A stretch of DNA of 64,000 nucleotides, from positions 448,001-512,000 of the forward strand of contig CAXXVD010000001.1 in assembly GCA_963662335.2 (NCBI GenBank). Direction: 5' to 3'. The stretch is from Chloroflexota bacterium. GTDB lineage: Bacteria > Chloroflexota > UBA11872 > VXOZ01. The notes beneath the pieces were generated by a model. The model was not told the DNA's origin, made no database searches, and was given only the letters and a program-made list of their open reading frames with translations. Positions 19,923 through 28,823 of this stretch are shown here, one piece after another; the first letter of the stretch is position 1, and the number at the start of each line of letters is the position of its first letter. The position numbers and the translations under genes were made by a program.

Positions 19923-21263
19923 TCAAGCAATCCGCGCCGAGTCGTACACGCCCGCCATGCCCGCGTCCAGCGGGTTGACCTGCACCCACACCTCCTCCGG
20001 CATGGCATCCCCTTCCAGTTCAAGGGAAATTGAGACCTGCTCAAAGCCGTGCACCGGCGCGATGCAGTGCCCGATCTGCCGCCGGATGAGGATATTCGAC
20101 TCCTCGCGCGTCGCGGCGGGATCGGCGGCGGTCTTGGGATCGCCGTTGAAGGCCACCGCCAGCAGCCGGTTCACGTCGAACGCGCCGGTGTTTTCTACGA
20201 TGATCTCCGCCAGCAGCCGTCGATCCTGGCGGCGCACCCGCGACGCCTGCGTATCGATGCGCAGTCCCGCGCAGAGTTCCTGCGGGGTGAGCGAAACCGC
20301 CCGATACGCGTCGAAGATGCCGTGTCCCAGCAGCGGGTCCCAGCCGGCGCCCTGCGCCGTATTGCGCAGTATCTGCCGTATTTCGCCATTCGAGAGATGC
20401 GGGTAGCGCGCAAAGGCCAGCGCCGCCACGCCGCCGCCAAAGGCCGACGCCATACAGCCGCCCTCGAACGGAATGTAGTCGCGGTCGCCGCCGGTGCCCC
20501 AAATCGATTCCGTTGGGTCGTCCGTATTGCGTTCGCCGCCGGGGGTGGCCGCCTCCACGTAGTCCGCCGAAGCCGCGATGTTCGCCGCCCGGCCGTGGCG
20601 GTTCGATGAGCCAACGGCAAAAACGCTGTCGATACCGGCGTTCACGGTCGCCACCCGCCGCCCGCGATTGTCGGCGGTGCCCTTGAAGACCAAGCAGCCC
20701 GACTGATAGGCGTAGTCCAAAGCCTCGAGCAGGCCGATGTTGTCGTACGGATAGCTGAAATCGGTGCCCTTGTAGAACAGCGGGACGCCGTCGGTGTGGT
20801 CCAGCGTGATGTAGCCGTGGGGCATCACCAGCACCTTGGCGCCGTGGTCCACCGCGTAGCGCACCGCGCGGGGCCAACTCTTCTGGTGGTGCGGTTCGTA
20901 GCCCACGCGCAGGACCATGATCGGGCACTGCGGCGCGGTGGCCGCGACTTCCCCTACGACGAACGCATGGTGTCCCCGCTGGTAGGTGGCATCTGAGCGC
21001 ATCCCCTCGTATTCGAGGGTAGCGTCTTCCTCGGCAAAGTCCCAGCCGTGCACGTCGCCCCGCGTAGGCCGCGGATTGACCCACAAGTGGCCCTCATGAT
21101 CGGGATGAAAACGATAGCCCAGGTCGATGACCGCCACCACCACGTCCGGGCTGCCCTGGGTGATGGCGTGGGCCTCCGGCACCCGCATCTGCTCCAGCGC
21201 CCAATCATACGGCGCGCGCACGCCCGCCGGCAGCGCGCCAACCTGCTTCTCCGCGATGGCCAT
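19923..21263 (-). CDS. S8 subtilase-fold protein with Cys in place of the catalytic Ser, plus C-terminal beta domain
   Basis: VVVAVIDLG (Asp), GHHAFVVG (His), GTADN (oxyanion Asn), FEGGCMASAFGGGVAAL (nucleophile helix), GWDPLLGHGIFDA; AGGAGG SD; no signal peptide. Confidence 0.85.
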   Translation of the reverse strand: MAIAEKQVGALPAGVRAPYDWALEQMRVPEAHAITQGSPDVVVAVIDLGYRFHPDHEGHLWVNPRPTRGDVHGWDFAEEDATLEYEGMRSDATYQRGHHAFVVGEVAATAPQCPIMVLRVGYEPHHQKSWPRAVRYAVDHGAKVLVMPHGYITLDHTDGVPLFYKGTDFSYPYDNIGLLEALDYAYQSGCLVFKGTADNRGRRVATVNAGIDSVFAVGSSNRHGRAANIAASADYVEAATPGGERNTDDPTESIWGTGGDRDYIPFEGGCMASAFGGGVAALAFARYPHLSNGEIRQILRNTAQGAGWDPLLGHGIFDAYRAVSLTPQELCAGLRIDTQASRVRRQDRRLLAEIIVENTGAFDVNRLLAVAFNGDPKTAADPAATREESNILIRRQIGHCIAPVHGFEQVSISLELEGDAMPEEVWVQVNPLDAGMAGVYDSARIA

Positions 21264-21302
21264 TTCTGTTTCCTCCTGAGAGTTTCCTTACCGCCCACTC
21301 TC

Positions 21303-21408
21303 ACCGTTCGTGCTGAGCCTGTCGAAGCATGAACGGTGAGACGCGCGTTTGGAGTTGCTGCACGCTCAACCCGCCGTTCACCCTTCGACTCCGCTCAGGG
21401 CGAACGGC
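21303..21408. repeat. Two REP-like elements (family F)
   Basis: CCGTTCGTGCTGAGCCTGTCGAAGCATGAACGG and CCGTTCACCCTTCGACTCCGCTCAGGGCGAACGG; relatives at about 22638-22665, 38818-38852 and 52429-52467. Confidence 0.8.
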
Positions 21409-21496
21409 TAGGTTTCGCTGTGCTCAGAGTAATGAAGATCAAGTAACCGGCTGCCCTTTCCATCCCCTCACGCGGCCCACGCACGACCATGGCAAC

Positions 21497-22606
21497 TTAC
21501 ACTATCGCCACCTCTTGCGGTATCGTGCCCAGCCGCTCGAACCCGTCTGCCTTCAGCACGTACATGTCCTCCTCCAACCACGAGGACTCCAGCGAGACCA
21601 CGTTATTCTCCGCGAACGTGATCTCCGGCCGCACGTCAACGGCGGCGGGGAGCAAACTGCCGATCAGCGGCTCCTCGTGCTTGTCCATGCCGACGCCGTG
21701 AATCCACCAGGCGTATGCGTCCGTGTCCGTGAATTCGCGCTGGCACGCCGCAAAGACCTCTCGCTTGGTCTTGCCGGGGCGCACGAACTCTTCCATGAAG
21801 AGTTGCCGCTCGCGGTGCGCGCGCCAGACGGCCAGGCTCGCCGGGCGCGGCTCGCCCACGCAGAAATTGAACTTCTGGTCGGAAAAGTAGCCGCCGGATA
21901 TAGCCGCAAGGTCAACGCGGTAGACCAACCCCGCTTCCACAATGCCGGGACTGCGAATTACCGCCGCGCCGGGTTGCTCCCGCAAGCTCGTGCCGCCGCC
22001 GGGCAGCATCCACGAGACCGGCGAGGTATTGATTGGCAAGGCCCCGTTGTCCAGCACTGCCTTTGCCCACACGGTCACGAGTTCCTGGAATGAGATGCCG
22101 ATGCGCACTTCCCGCAGCATGGCGCGGTACCCGGCTTCGGAAGCGGCAATTGCCTTGCGCAGCCACGCGATTTCCCGCGGCGTCTTGCAGGCCCGCGCTT
22201 GTGCGAGCAGCAGGTCGGCGGAGACGAACGCCGCCTCCGGCAGCAACTCCCGCAGCCGCGCCAGGTCGCTCGCCGAGGCGAAGTCCATGTCCAGGCCGAC
22301 GCGCGCCCGCGCCAAGCCGCGTTTGCCCATCTGCGCCGCCAACTCAGTCAGCCGCGCCGCGCGCGTATGGTCGGGCGCAAGACCCGCCACCGGCATGTCG
22401 GCTTCTTTGGGAAGACCGCCGAATGCAAACGATTGATCTGGCGGAACGAGACACGTCATCCACGGTGCGAGACCCTGCGGCTCGTTCAGCCACGGTCCCT
22501 CGCTCACGGCCCCGGCCAGGTATGCGCAATTGCGCATACCTAAGACAACCAGCGCGTCCAGCCGCTGCTCGGCCATTGATTGCGTTATGCGCGCAAAGTC
22601 AGCCAT
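21497..22606 (-). CDS. M24 (Xaa-Pro peptidase / creatinase) family protein
   Basis: Creatinase-N-like region, ARACKTPREI, metal-ligand-like RVDL, YFSD, HGVG..HE.P, LES, LEED. Confidence 0.85.
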   Translation of the reverse strand: MADFARITQSMAEQRLDALVVLGMRNCAYLAGAVSEGPWLNEPQGLAPWMTCLVPPDQSFAFGGLPKEADMPVAGLAPDHTRAARLTELAAQMGKRGLARARVGLDMDFASASDLARLRELLPEAAFVSADLLLAQARACKTPREIAWLRKAIAASEAGYRAMLREVRIGISFQELVTVWAKAVLDNGALPINTSPVSWMLPGGGTSLREQPGAAVIRSPGIVEAGLVYRVDLAAISGGYFSDQKFNFCVGEPRPASLAVWRAHRERQLFMEEFVRPGKTKREVFAACQREFTDTDAYAWWIHGVGMDKHEEPLIGSLLPAAVDVRPEITFAENNVVSLESSWLEEDMYVLKADGFERLGTIPQEVAIV

Positions 22607-22712
22607 GTTCCGCCTCAGCGCTTCCGCCTGCGCCGTTTGTGCTTCGACAAGCTCAGCACGAACGGGAAACCCATGCAAGAGCCACGAACGGACTTTCCGG
22701 CTGCACCCCCAC

Positions 22713-24527
22713 CTATGAGAGCGGCTCCAGCCAGATTGGACTCGTCCACGCCCGGTTGCCGTCTACCTGCCGTACGCGCAGGTAGCAATAGTGGGCGTCC
22801 ACCGGCGAAAACCGCAGCGGCACGTCGTCATCCAGTTGCGCGTGCTGCCGGTTGGGCGTGTAGGACAAAGCCGTATCGCCGTTCACCACCAGGTCGATCT
22901 GTTCGATGTCCGCCGTCCCAACTACGTCGGCGGTAAAGCTAAAGCGGTCGGCGCGCACCGTATCGCCCACCCACGCGCCGTTCACGCGGAAGTCCACGAT
23001 GATGCGCGCGCCGGTGGTGGCGTAGCAGCGGCGGTTGCGCAGCGCGTCGAAGAGCGCCGGGCGGTCCAGCCGTTCCGCCCACACGCCGGTCAGACCGGCC
23101 GGCCCGGACGGTCCCGGCTCTTTGTAGGGATTGGCGGGCCGGTTGTCGTGGGTATCGCTGCCGCTGACGATGCCGAGTTTCGCGCCCCGCATCAGAAACT
23201 GGTTGATCTTCTCTTCCTCGGTAACGCCGTCGGTCTGCTGCTTCTGGTAGATTTCGGCCAGGTGCTCCTGCACGTAGAAGTGCGTATGGTGGTGGCCGTG
23301 GATGACCGCGCCCCGGCGCTTCATCTCCCGGTAGAACTCCTGATAGTCGCGGCAGTAGACCGTATCGGGATGGTAGCGGGCGTGGAGTTTGGGGTCGTTC
23401 GCGCCGGGGCGGTCTTCGCAGAAAACCGGCGGCTGTCCTTCAGGATTTGGAAAGAAACCGTGGCGGTGGCTGCCGTCCGGGCCGGTGGCGAACTCCGCCG
23501 ACGGCAACGCGACGAACTCGCCCGGCAGGTTGTATTGCGCCCACGCTGCCTGCAATTCATCCCAAATCTCGCTGATGCAGATGCTGTAGGAAAAGAGTTG
23601 CCCGCCGGCAAAGTCGAGCGCGTTCACGTCTTTGCCCCAGGCAAAGTGCTCCACAATCGGGCGCTGGTTGAACAACATGCCGTGCGGGTCGCCCCAGTAG
23701 AGCGTGTACGGCTCGGTATCCGCAGCGATGCGCACCGGATTGCTCACGGCCTGGATGCCCTGGTATGCCGCCGCAATACGAGCCACCGGCCCTTGCACGG
23801 CTACCGCGCCTGCCGCGCTGAACGACTGCAGCGGCGCGGTCGTCTCAGCGCTGCCGGCGCGCAAAGTCACTTCGCCTTCCGCGCCGCGCACGGGATTGCC
23901 GAATCGATCGGTGACCACGACGCGCGTATGCGCCTCCCCGCTCACATAGGAAGGCGCGGTCACTTGCATCGCGGCCGCTTCCGCTTCACGGATGGTGAGC
24001 GCGTTGCTCTCCAGCACTGAGAGCGCCGCCGCGCGCGGCAGAAAATAGTGGTACTTGTCGCGCTCCGGGTGATAGAGCGTCAGTTCGCCCGCTGGGTCTT
24101 CCACCAGCCAGAAGCGGAAAGCGTCGATGGCGTTAGTGGGCAGCACGAAACCCTCGGGGGCGGTGCGCAGTTCCACCTCGATGTGGTCGCCCGCGTGCAG
24201 CGCGCCCGCCGTGCAGGTCACGCGCACCGCGTGCAGAAACTCCGGCGCCGGCGGATGGATGTCGAACGTGCGCACCGTGCCGCCGCCCAGCAGCGCCTCG
24301 GCTTCCCACACCGTGCCCGCCGGCCCGGCCACGCGAATGCCGCCGTCGGACTCATACGCATGTTTGCGCGCGCCAAACTGCCGGATGTCGTAGAAGACCC
24401 ACAAATTGCCGCCGGTCTGGAAGCCGCCGGCCGGCGCGGTATAGCGCAGCGCCAGCGGGACGGTCTCCGCGACCCGCAGCGGCCCCTCGGCAACGACCTG
24501 AAACCGTCCGTTGGCGTTCGCAGACAT
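22713..24527 (-). CDS. DUF3604 / CehA-McbA-like PHP metallohydrolase
   Basis: LYWGDPHG, SHRH, GSDTHD.RP, GLTGVWA, RRCYATTG, YLRVRQ.DG..AWTSPIW. Confidence 0.85.
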   Translation of the reverse strand: MSANANGRFQVVAEGPLRVAETVPLALRYTAPAGGFQTGGNLWVFYDIRQFGARKHAYESDGGIRVAGPAGTVWEAEALLGGGTVRTFDIHPPAPEFLHAVRVTCTAGALHAGDHIEVELRTAPEGFVLPTNAIDAFRFWLVEDPAGELTLYHPERDKYHYFLPRAAALSVLESNALTIREAEAAAMQVTAPSYVSGEAHTRVVVTDRFGNPVRGAEGEVTLRAGSAETTAPLQSFSAAGAVAVQGPVARIAAAYQGIQAVSNPVRIAADTEPYTLYWGDPHGMLFNQRPIVEHFAWGKDVNALDFAGGQLFSYSICISEIWDELQAAWAQYNLPGEFVALPSAEFATGPDGSHRHGFFPNPEGQPPVFCEDRPGANDPKLHARYHPDTVYCRDYQEFYREMKRRGAVIHGHHHTHFYVQEHLAEIYQKQQTDGVTEEEKINQFLMRGAKLGIVSGSDTHDNRPANPYKEPGPSGPAGLTGVWAERLDRPALFDALRNRRCYATTGARIIVDFRVNGAWVGDTVRADRFSFTADVVGTADIEQIDLVVNGDTALSYTPNRQHAQLDDDVPLRFSPVDAHYCYLRVRQVDGNRAWTSPIWLEPLS

Positions 24528-24643
24528 GGCGTGCCGCACCCTTTCGTCTTACCGCTTGCATTGCCGCTTCGTTGACACTCCAACCCTGCGGTATCGTATC
24601 ACAGCATACGGCAAGGCGTTCCGGCTCGCTGCCCGTGTTCGGA

Positions 24644-25948
24644 CTATGCCAGGACCTCGTTGACCAACGTGAGGCCGGCGGCCAGCCGCTGCGGCCAGTC
24701 GGGGGCAAGGTGGCGGATGGGGTTGGTGCACACCCGGAAGATGCACACCGCCTCCCGCAGATCCAGCGCGCGCTCATCCCAGCCAAAGCGCTCCAACGCC
24801 GCGGCGCGAAACTCCTGGTAGCAGACGCCGCTCGCCCGCGCCTCGGTTTCGCCCCCAAAGCGAGCTGACCAATGCGCGTGGGCGAGAAAGTTGCCCACGT
24901 CCAGCATGGGGTCGCCCGGCCCGGCCTCTTCGAAGTCCACCAGCGCGAATCTGCCGTCGGGCGTGCGCACCATCTGGTCGTCGTAGAAGTCGTTGTGCGC
25001 GATGGTTGTGGGTTCCCAGGCCCTGGCAAAGCCGTCCAGCGCGGTGGTTGCGTCCTTCAGCGCCCGGCGGACGTCGTCGTGGCCCTCGCGTACCTGCCGG
25101 AAGATGCGCCGGGCGCGGCGGTACGCGCCATAAAGATCAAACTGATGCGTTTCGCCGGCGGGCATGGGCGTTTCCCAAAGCTGGGACAGGTTCTCCAGGA
25201 TTTGGCCGAGGTCCGGCCGCTCCCCGCCGCGGACAAGCCGGCGCACGTTCTGCCCCGGAATCTCGGAGAGCCATACGACGCCGCCTGCCGGCCAGCGTCC
25301 GGCCAGCCGGGGCAGCACGAAGCCGGTCTGCCCAACAAGCTCTGCCGCCGCCAGCAGCCGGGGCACCCGGCGGGGCCGCATTACCCGCGCGTAGAACCGC
25401 ACCCGCCCGTGCCGGTGACGGAGCACGGCGTGCCCGCCCGGCCGGTAGCGCGCCACGCTCACGCGCACGCGCTGCCCGCCGGCCGCGAGCACGTGCCGGC
25501 TGAGCAAATCGGCAGCGGTTTCCGCGGAAGCGGCGCGCGACAGCCCGGGCAAGTGCGGGTCGTCCGGGTAGCGGTAGAGCCTGACCGGCCGGTCGTGCGC
25601 CAGTTCGATTGCGAACTGCTCTTGCGTGACGAAATCATCCCACGGCCACTCGGCGTAGTAGGACGCGAGCGCCCGGCGGCCGGGATTGTAGCTGAGTTGA
25701 CGGAGGCGCAGGCTGGCGGGAGCCTCCGCCGGCGCGCCCAGCCGGGAGCGGTAGTGGCGCCAGACCCACTCACCGTTGAAAAGCTGGGAAAACTCCGGTA
25801 GGCCCCGGTCCGCCGGCAATGCCGCCGCCGTAATGAGAGAGGGCGCGGCCGGCGCACCAGGGCCGTGTGCAAGCGCTTCCGCCACGCTATCGCCGCTCGC
25901 GAGCGCGGCCGCTTCGCTTTCGCCGCTTGTGAACGCGTCCACCGCCAA
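24644..25948 (-). CDS. Aminoglycoside/choline phosphotransferase (APH-like) kinase
   Basis: Brenner motif HNDFYDDQM and LVDFEEAG.GDP.LDVGNF; start uncertain (TTG 25948 or GTG 25942). Confidence 0.85.
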   Translation of the reverse strand: MAVDAFTSGESEAAALASGDSVAEALAHGPGAPAAPSLITAAALPADRGLPEFSQLFNGEWVWRHYRSRLGAPAEAPASLRLRQLSYNPGRRALASYYAEWPWDDFVTQEQFAIELAHDRPVRLYRYPDDPHLPGLSRAASAETAADLLSRHVLAAGGQRVRVSVARYRPGGHAVLRHRHGRVRFYARVMRPRRVPRLLAAAELVGQTGFVLPRLAGRWPAGGVVWLSEIPGQNVRRLVRGGERPDLGQILENLSQLWETPMPAGETHQFDLYGAYRRARRIFRQVREGHDDVRRALKDATTALDGFARAWEPTTIAHNDFYDDQMVRTPDGRFALVDFEEAGPGDPMLDVGNFLAHAHWSARFGGETEARASGVCYQEFRAAALERFGWDERALDLREAVCIFRVCTNPIRHLAPDWPQRLAAGLTLVNEVLA

Positions 25949-25959
25949 ACGCTCCGCCC

Positions 25960-26871
25960 TTAGCCGCTGCCGTCAGTGTCATCGGTGTCGCTCGCAGTGT
26001 CGGTGTCGGCGGTTGAGTCGGTTGCGGTGTCCGTCACCGAAGTCCCGTCATCCGTCGCCGTGGCCGTGGCGGTCGCCGTCTGCGCGCCGGTAGCGGTGGC
26101 GGTGGCCGTGTCCGTTGCCGTAATCGTCGCCGTGGCCGTACTAACGGTAGCGGTGTCCGTCACCGAAGTCCCGTCATCCGTCGCCGTGGCCGTGGCGGTG
26201 GCTGTCTGCGCGCCGGTAGCGGTAGCGGTGGCCGTTGCCGTGGCGGTATCGGAATCCTCGTCATCGTCGTCATTGTCGTCGCCGTCCAGCGCGCTCAGGA
26301 TGCGCTGCAAGACCGCCTCCCGGGTCAGCGGCAACGATAGGAATGGCGACGGATCCGGACTTGCCGGATTGGCGGCCGATTCAAGGGTGGAGCGCTCCAG
26401 AGCCTCTACCGAGAATCCATAGCGGGATTCCCATGCCGCCCGCTCCCAAACGAGATCACCGTAATTGCTGCCGTCGATCCCAAATAGCTCGACGTCGGCA
26501 ATCGACGGTATGTGCAGCAGCTTGGGCCGGGGCCAGCCGCTTTCCCACTTGACCAGGTAGATGGGATTGCCCTCCTTGAGCAGTCCCGCGGAGAGCCAGG
26601 GGCTGCCGATTTCCAGGACTTTCAATTCCTCGAGACTGACCTCAACCCGCAGGTTCCAGTCGATGGTACGCCCGCCGAGCGCCCGCGTGTCCCCACCCCA
26701 ATGCAAGACACCCTGCGCATCGGCTAGCCAGAGGTGCGGCGTGCCCTGAAGCTGCACGACGGTGCCTTCGGCAAGCCGCGCATCCGATTGGCTGGCCAGC
26801 GCGGGCATGAACGAGGCGCCGGCAAGGATGGCGGCAACTACCACGCAAGACACAAAGCGGAGGCTCTTCAT
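25960..26871 (-). CDS. Secreted protein: signal peptide, unknown globular domain, Asp-rich patch and Thr-Ala repeat tail
   Basis: MKSLRFVSCVVVAAILAGASFMPALA signal; C-terminal (TA)n repeats with a 42-aa internal duplication. Confidence 0.85.
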   Translation of the reverse strand: MKSLRFVSCVVVAAILAGASFMPALASQSDARLAEGTVVQLQGTPHLWLADAQGVLHWGGDTRALGGRTIDWNLRVEVSLEELKVLEIGSPWLSAGLLKEGNPIYLVKWESGWPRPKLLHIPSIADVELFGIDGSNYGDLVWERAAWESRYGFSVEALERSTLESAANPASPDPSPFLSLPLTREAVLQRILSALDGDDNDDDDEDSDTATATATATATGAQTATATATATDDGTSVTDTATVSTATATITATDTATATATGAQTATATATATDDGTSVTDTATDSTADTDTASDTDDTDGSG

Positions 26872-26950
26872 CAAATCCCTTTCTCGATCACTATCGAAGC
26901 GGCATATTCCGTTCGCTCCACGTAGGGGCTGCGTGCCCAACATCCTCGTC

Positions 26951-26990
26951 ATCCTAATTGGGAAAGGGTTTGACTGTCAAATTTCCCAAT
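26951..26990 (-). promoter_or_regulatory. Promoter with overlapping operator-like inverted repeats
   Basis: Minus strand TTGACA (26980-26975), 18 bp spacer, TAGGAT (26956-26951); IR ATTGGGAAA-N16-TTTCCCAAT and palindrome TTTGACTGTCAAA. Confidence 0.6.
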
Positions 26991-27090
26991 GTACGTAAAC
27001 CTTCGTTTAGCGCTGGAAACTGAGCGTAACATCCCTTAAGGCGCAATACGCGCGCTTCAACCGGCGCCGCCGAGGCGGGCCCCGGCCCGC

Positions 27091-28638
27091 TTAGAAGACC
27101 CGCCGGGCGTCTTCGAGCCAAATCGGACTCGACCACGCCATCTCGCCGTCCGTTTGCGTCACCCGCACGTAGTACCAGTCCGTGCGGTCTTGCGGCATCT
27201 CGATTTCATCCAGCGCAAAGGCGCACTCCCAACCGGGCTTTTCCACCACGTGCCAGTCGCGGTTATTCTTCACCACGACCACTTTGGCAATGGGCGCGGC
27301 GCCGTGGACGCGCACGCGCATCTCCTGCGGCGGGGTCTGCACACTGATGATTTCGCCCATGGGCTGATTGTCCACGTCGAAGTCGAGAAGGATGCGCGCG
27401 CCGGTTGTGCCGATGGCGCGGCGGTTCCAGAGCGCGCTGAACATGGCGTCGCGCTCACGGCGGCGCGACCAGAGGCCGGTCATGCCGGCGTGGTGGTTGA
27501 ACGTGGTCACCTTGATGGGCAAGTGGGCTATCTGCACGCTGCTCGTCGCGCGGCCGTCGTGGCTCTCGCTGCCGCCCACGAAGCCAAACCGGAATCCCCG
27601 ACGCAGTCCGTCCTGCAAGAAGTGTCCGGTGGCCTCATAGGGCGGATAGTCCGCCTGTGGCTCGTCCCACTGGGTGCGCTCGTTGCGGGCTTTCAGGGCG
27701 TACGGTTCGCCCGCGTGTTCGCTGCTGCCCCAGTGGCTGTAGACCTCCATGAGCCGCTCGAACTCGGGGTCCATGGTCTCCCAGTTATGCCAGATGCGGT
27801 TCCCCAGGCGCGCCGGATGGTGGGGAATCGAGAGAATATCCCGGCCCGTGCGCGAGATGCTGCGGAAGATGTTGAAGAGGTCCTGGGGCGTATTCGAGCC
27901 TTTCCAATTGCTGGAGATGAGCGGCATGTCGCCGTGACGAAAGATGACGTTGCGGTGGCCGCAGTCGGCGTCCGGCCCCCGGTTCCACGACCACTCGTAG
28001 CCGAGCAGCGTGACAAAACGCTCCGGCTGGTTGTAGTATTCCGCTCCTTCTTGAATCTCCCGCCACTCGTTTGTGCTCAGCGCGTAGTCGTGGTCGGTCA
28101 GCGCCGTAAAATCCAGATTGACCACGTCCCGCGCAAAGCGGTACACCTCATGCACGGTGGCGGGCCCGTAGCTCCATAACAGCGGGTCTTGCCGCTTGCG
28201 GCTGGGGTTTTCCAGGCGGTGGCAGTGCAAATCGCCCCAGTAGAGCTTGTGGTCGCCGCCGTACATGTAGGCCGGCGCCCAACCGGGATTGCTGAGCGCC
28301 TCGACGCCGGTCTCCCGGTCGCGCGCCCGCACGCGAAAGACCTTGTCCGTTTCGTCAATCCGGCCGCGCACGGCATGGTGACTGTCGTACTCCGGCAGCA
28401 TCGGCACGGTCGGCGGGACCTCACCGCCGGCGCCTTCCAGAGTTAACTCCAGGTGGGCGGCCTGCTTGGGCAGATGAAAACCCCACTTGTCCCGCAATTC
28501 CAGGCCGATTCTGAACGTGCCGCCCTCGTCCGGCGGCACGACGCTGGGCACGGTGACGCGAATCTCCGCCAATTCCGGCGTGCCCTGGTAGTCCAGCGGC
28601 AGGCGAATGAGGTTTGGGTCAAACTCCGTGGCGCTCAT
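27091..28638 (-). CDS. DUF3604 / CehA-McbA-like PHP metallohydrolase
   Basis: YWGDLHCH, LDFTALTDHD, LGYEWS, GHRNV, IPHHP, EVYSHWG, GGSESHDG, AWSSPIW. Confidence 0.9.
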   Translation of the reverse strand: MSATEFDPNLIRLPLDYQGTPELAEIRVTVPSVVPPDEGGTFRIGLELRDKWGFHLPKQAAHLELTLEGAGGEVPPTVPMLPEYDSHHAVRGRIDETDKVFRVRARDRETGVEALSNPGWAPAYMYGGDHKLYWGDLHCHRLENPSRKRQDPLLWSYGPATVHEVYRFARDVVNLDFTALTDHDYALSTNEWREIQEGAEYYNQPERFVTLLGYEWSWNRGPDADCGHRNVIFRHGDMPLISSNWKGSNTPQDLFNIFRSISRTGRDILSIPHHPARLGNRIWHNWETMDPEFERLMEVYSHWGSSEHAGEPYALKARNERTQWDEPQADYPPYEATGHFLQDGLRRGFRFGFVGGSESHDGRATSSVQIAHLPIKVTTFNHHAGMTGLWSRRRERDAMFSALWNRRAIGTTGARILLDFDVDNQPMGEIISVQTPPQEMRVRVHGAAPIAKVVVVKNNRDWHVVEKPGWECAFALDEIEMPQDRTDWYYVRVTQTDGEMAWSSPIWLEDARRVF

Positions 28639-28823
28639 GGCGTTTCTCCAGTGTTGCGCAAAATAGAGAGAGGCATCCAGTATGCGCGCGCGACGCAGTA
28701 CTGAATGCCTCACCTACCGACAAACGCGGGGCTAGGCTGCTCTCGCCGGCGGGGCAAACACCGCAATCGCGGTTCGCGCCCCGAGAAGCCTCTCAGCCTC
28801 GTGTTTCGTTGCTTACGCCGACG

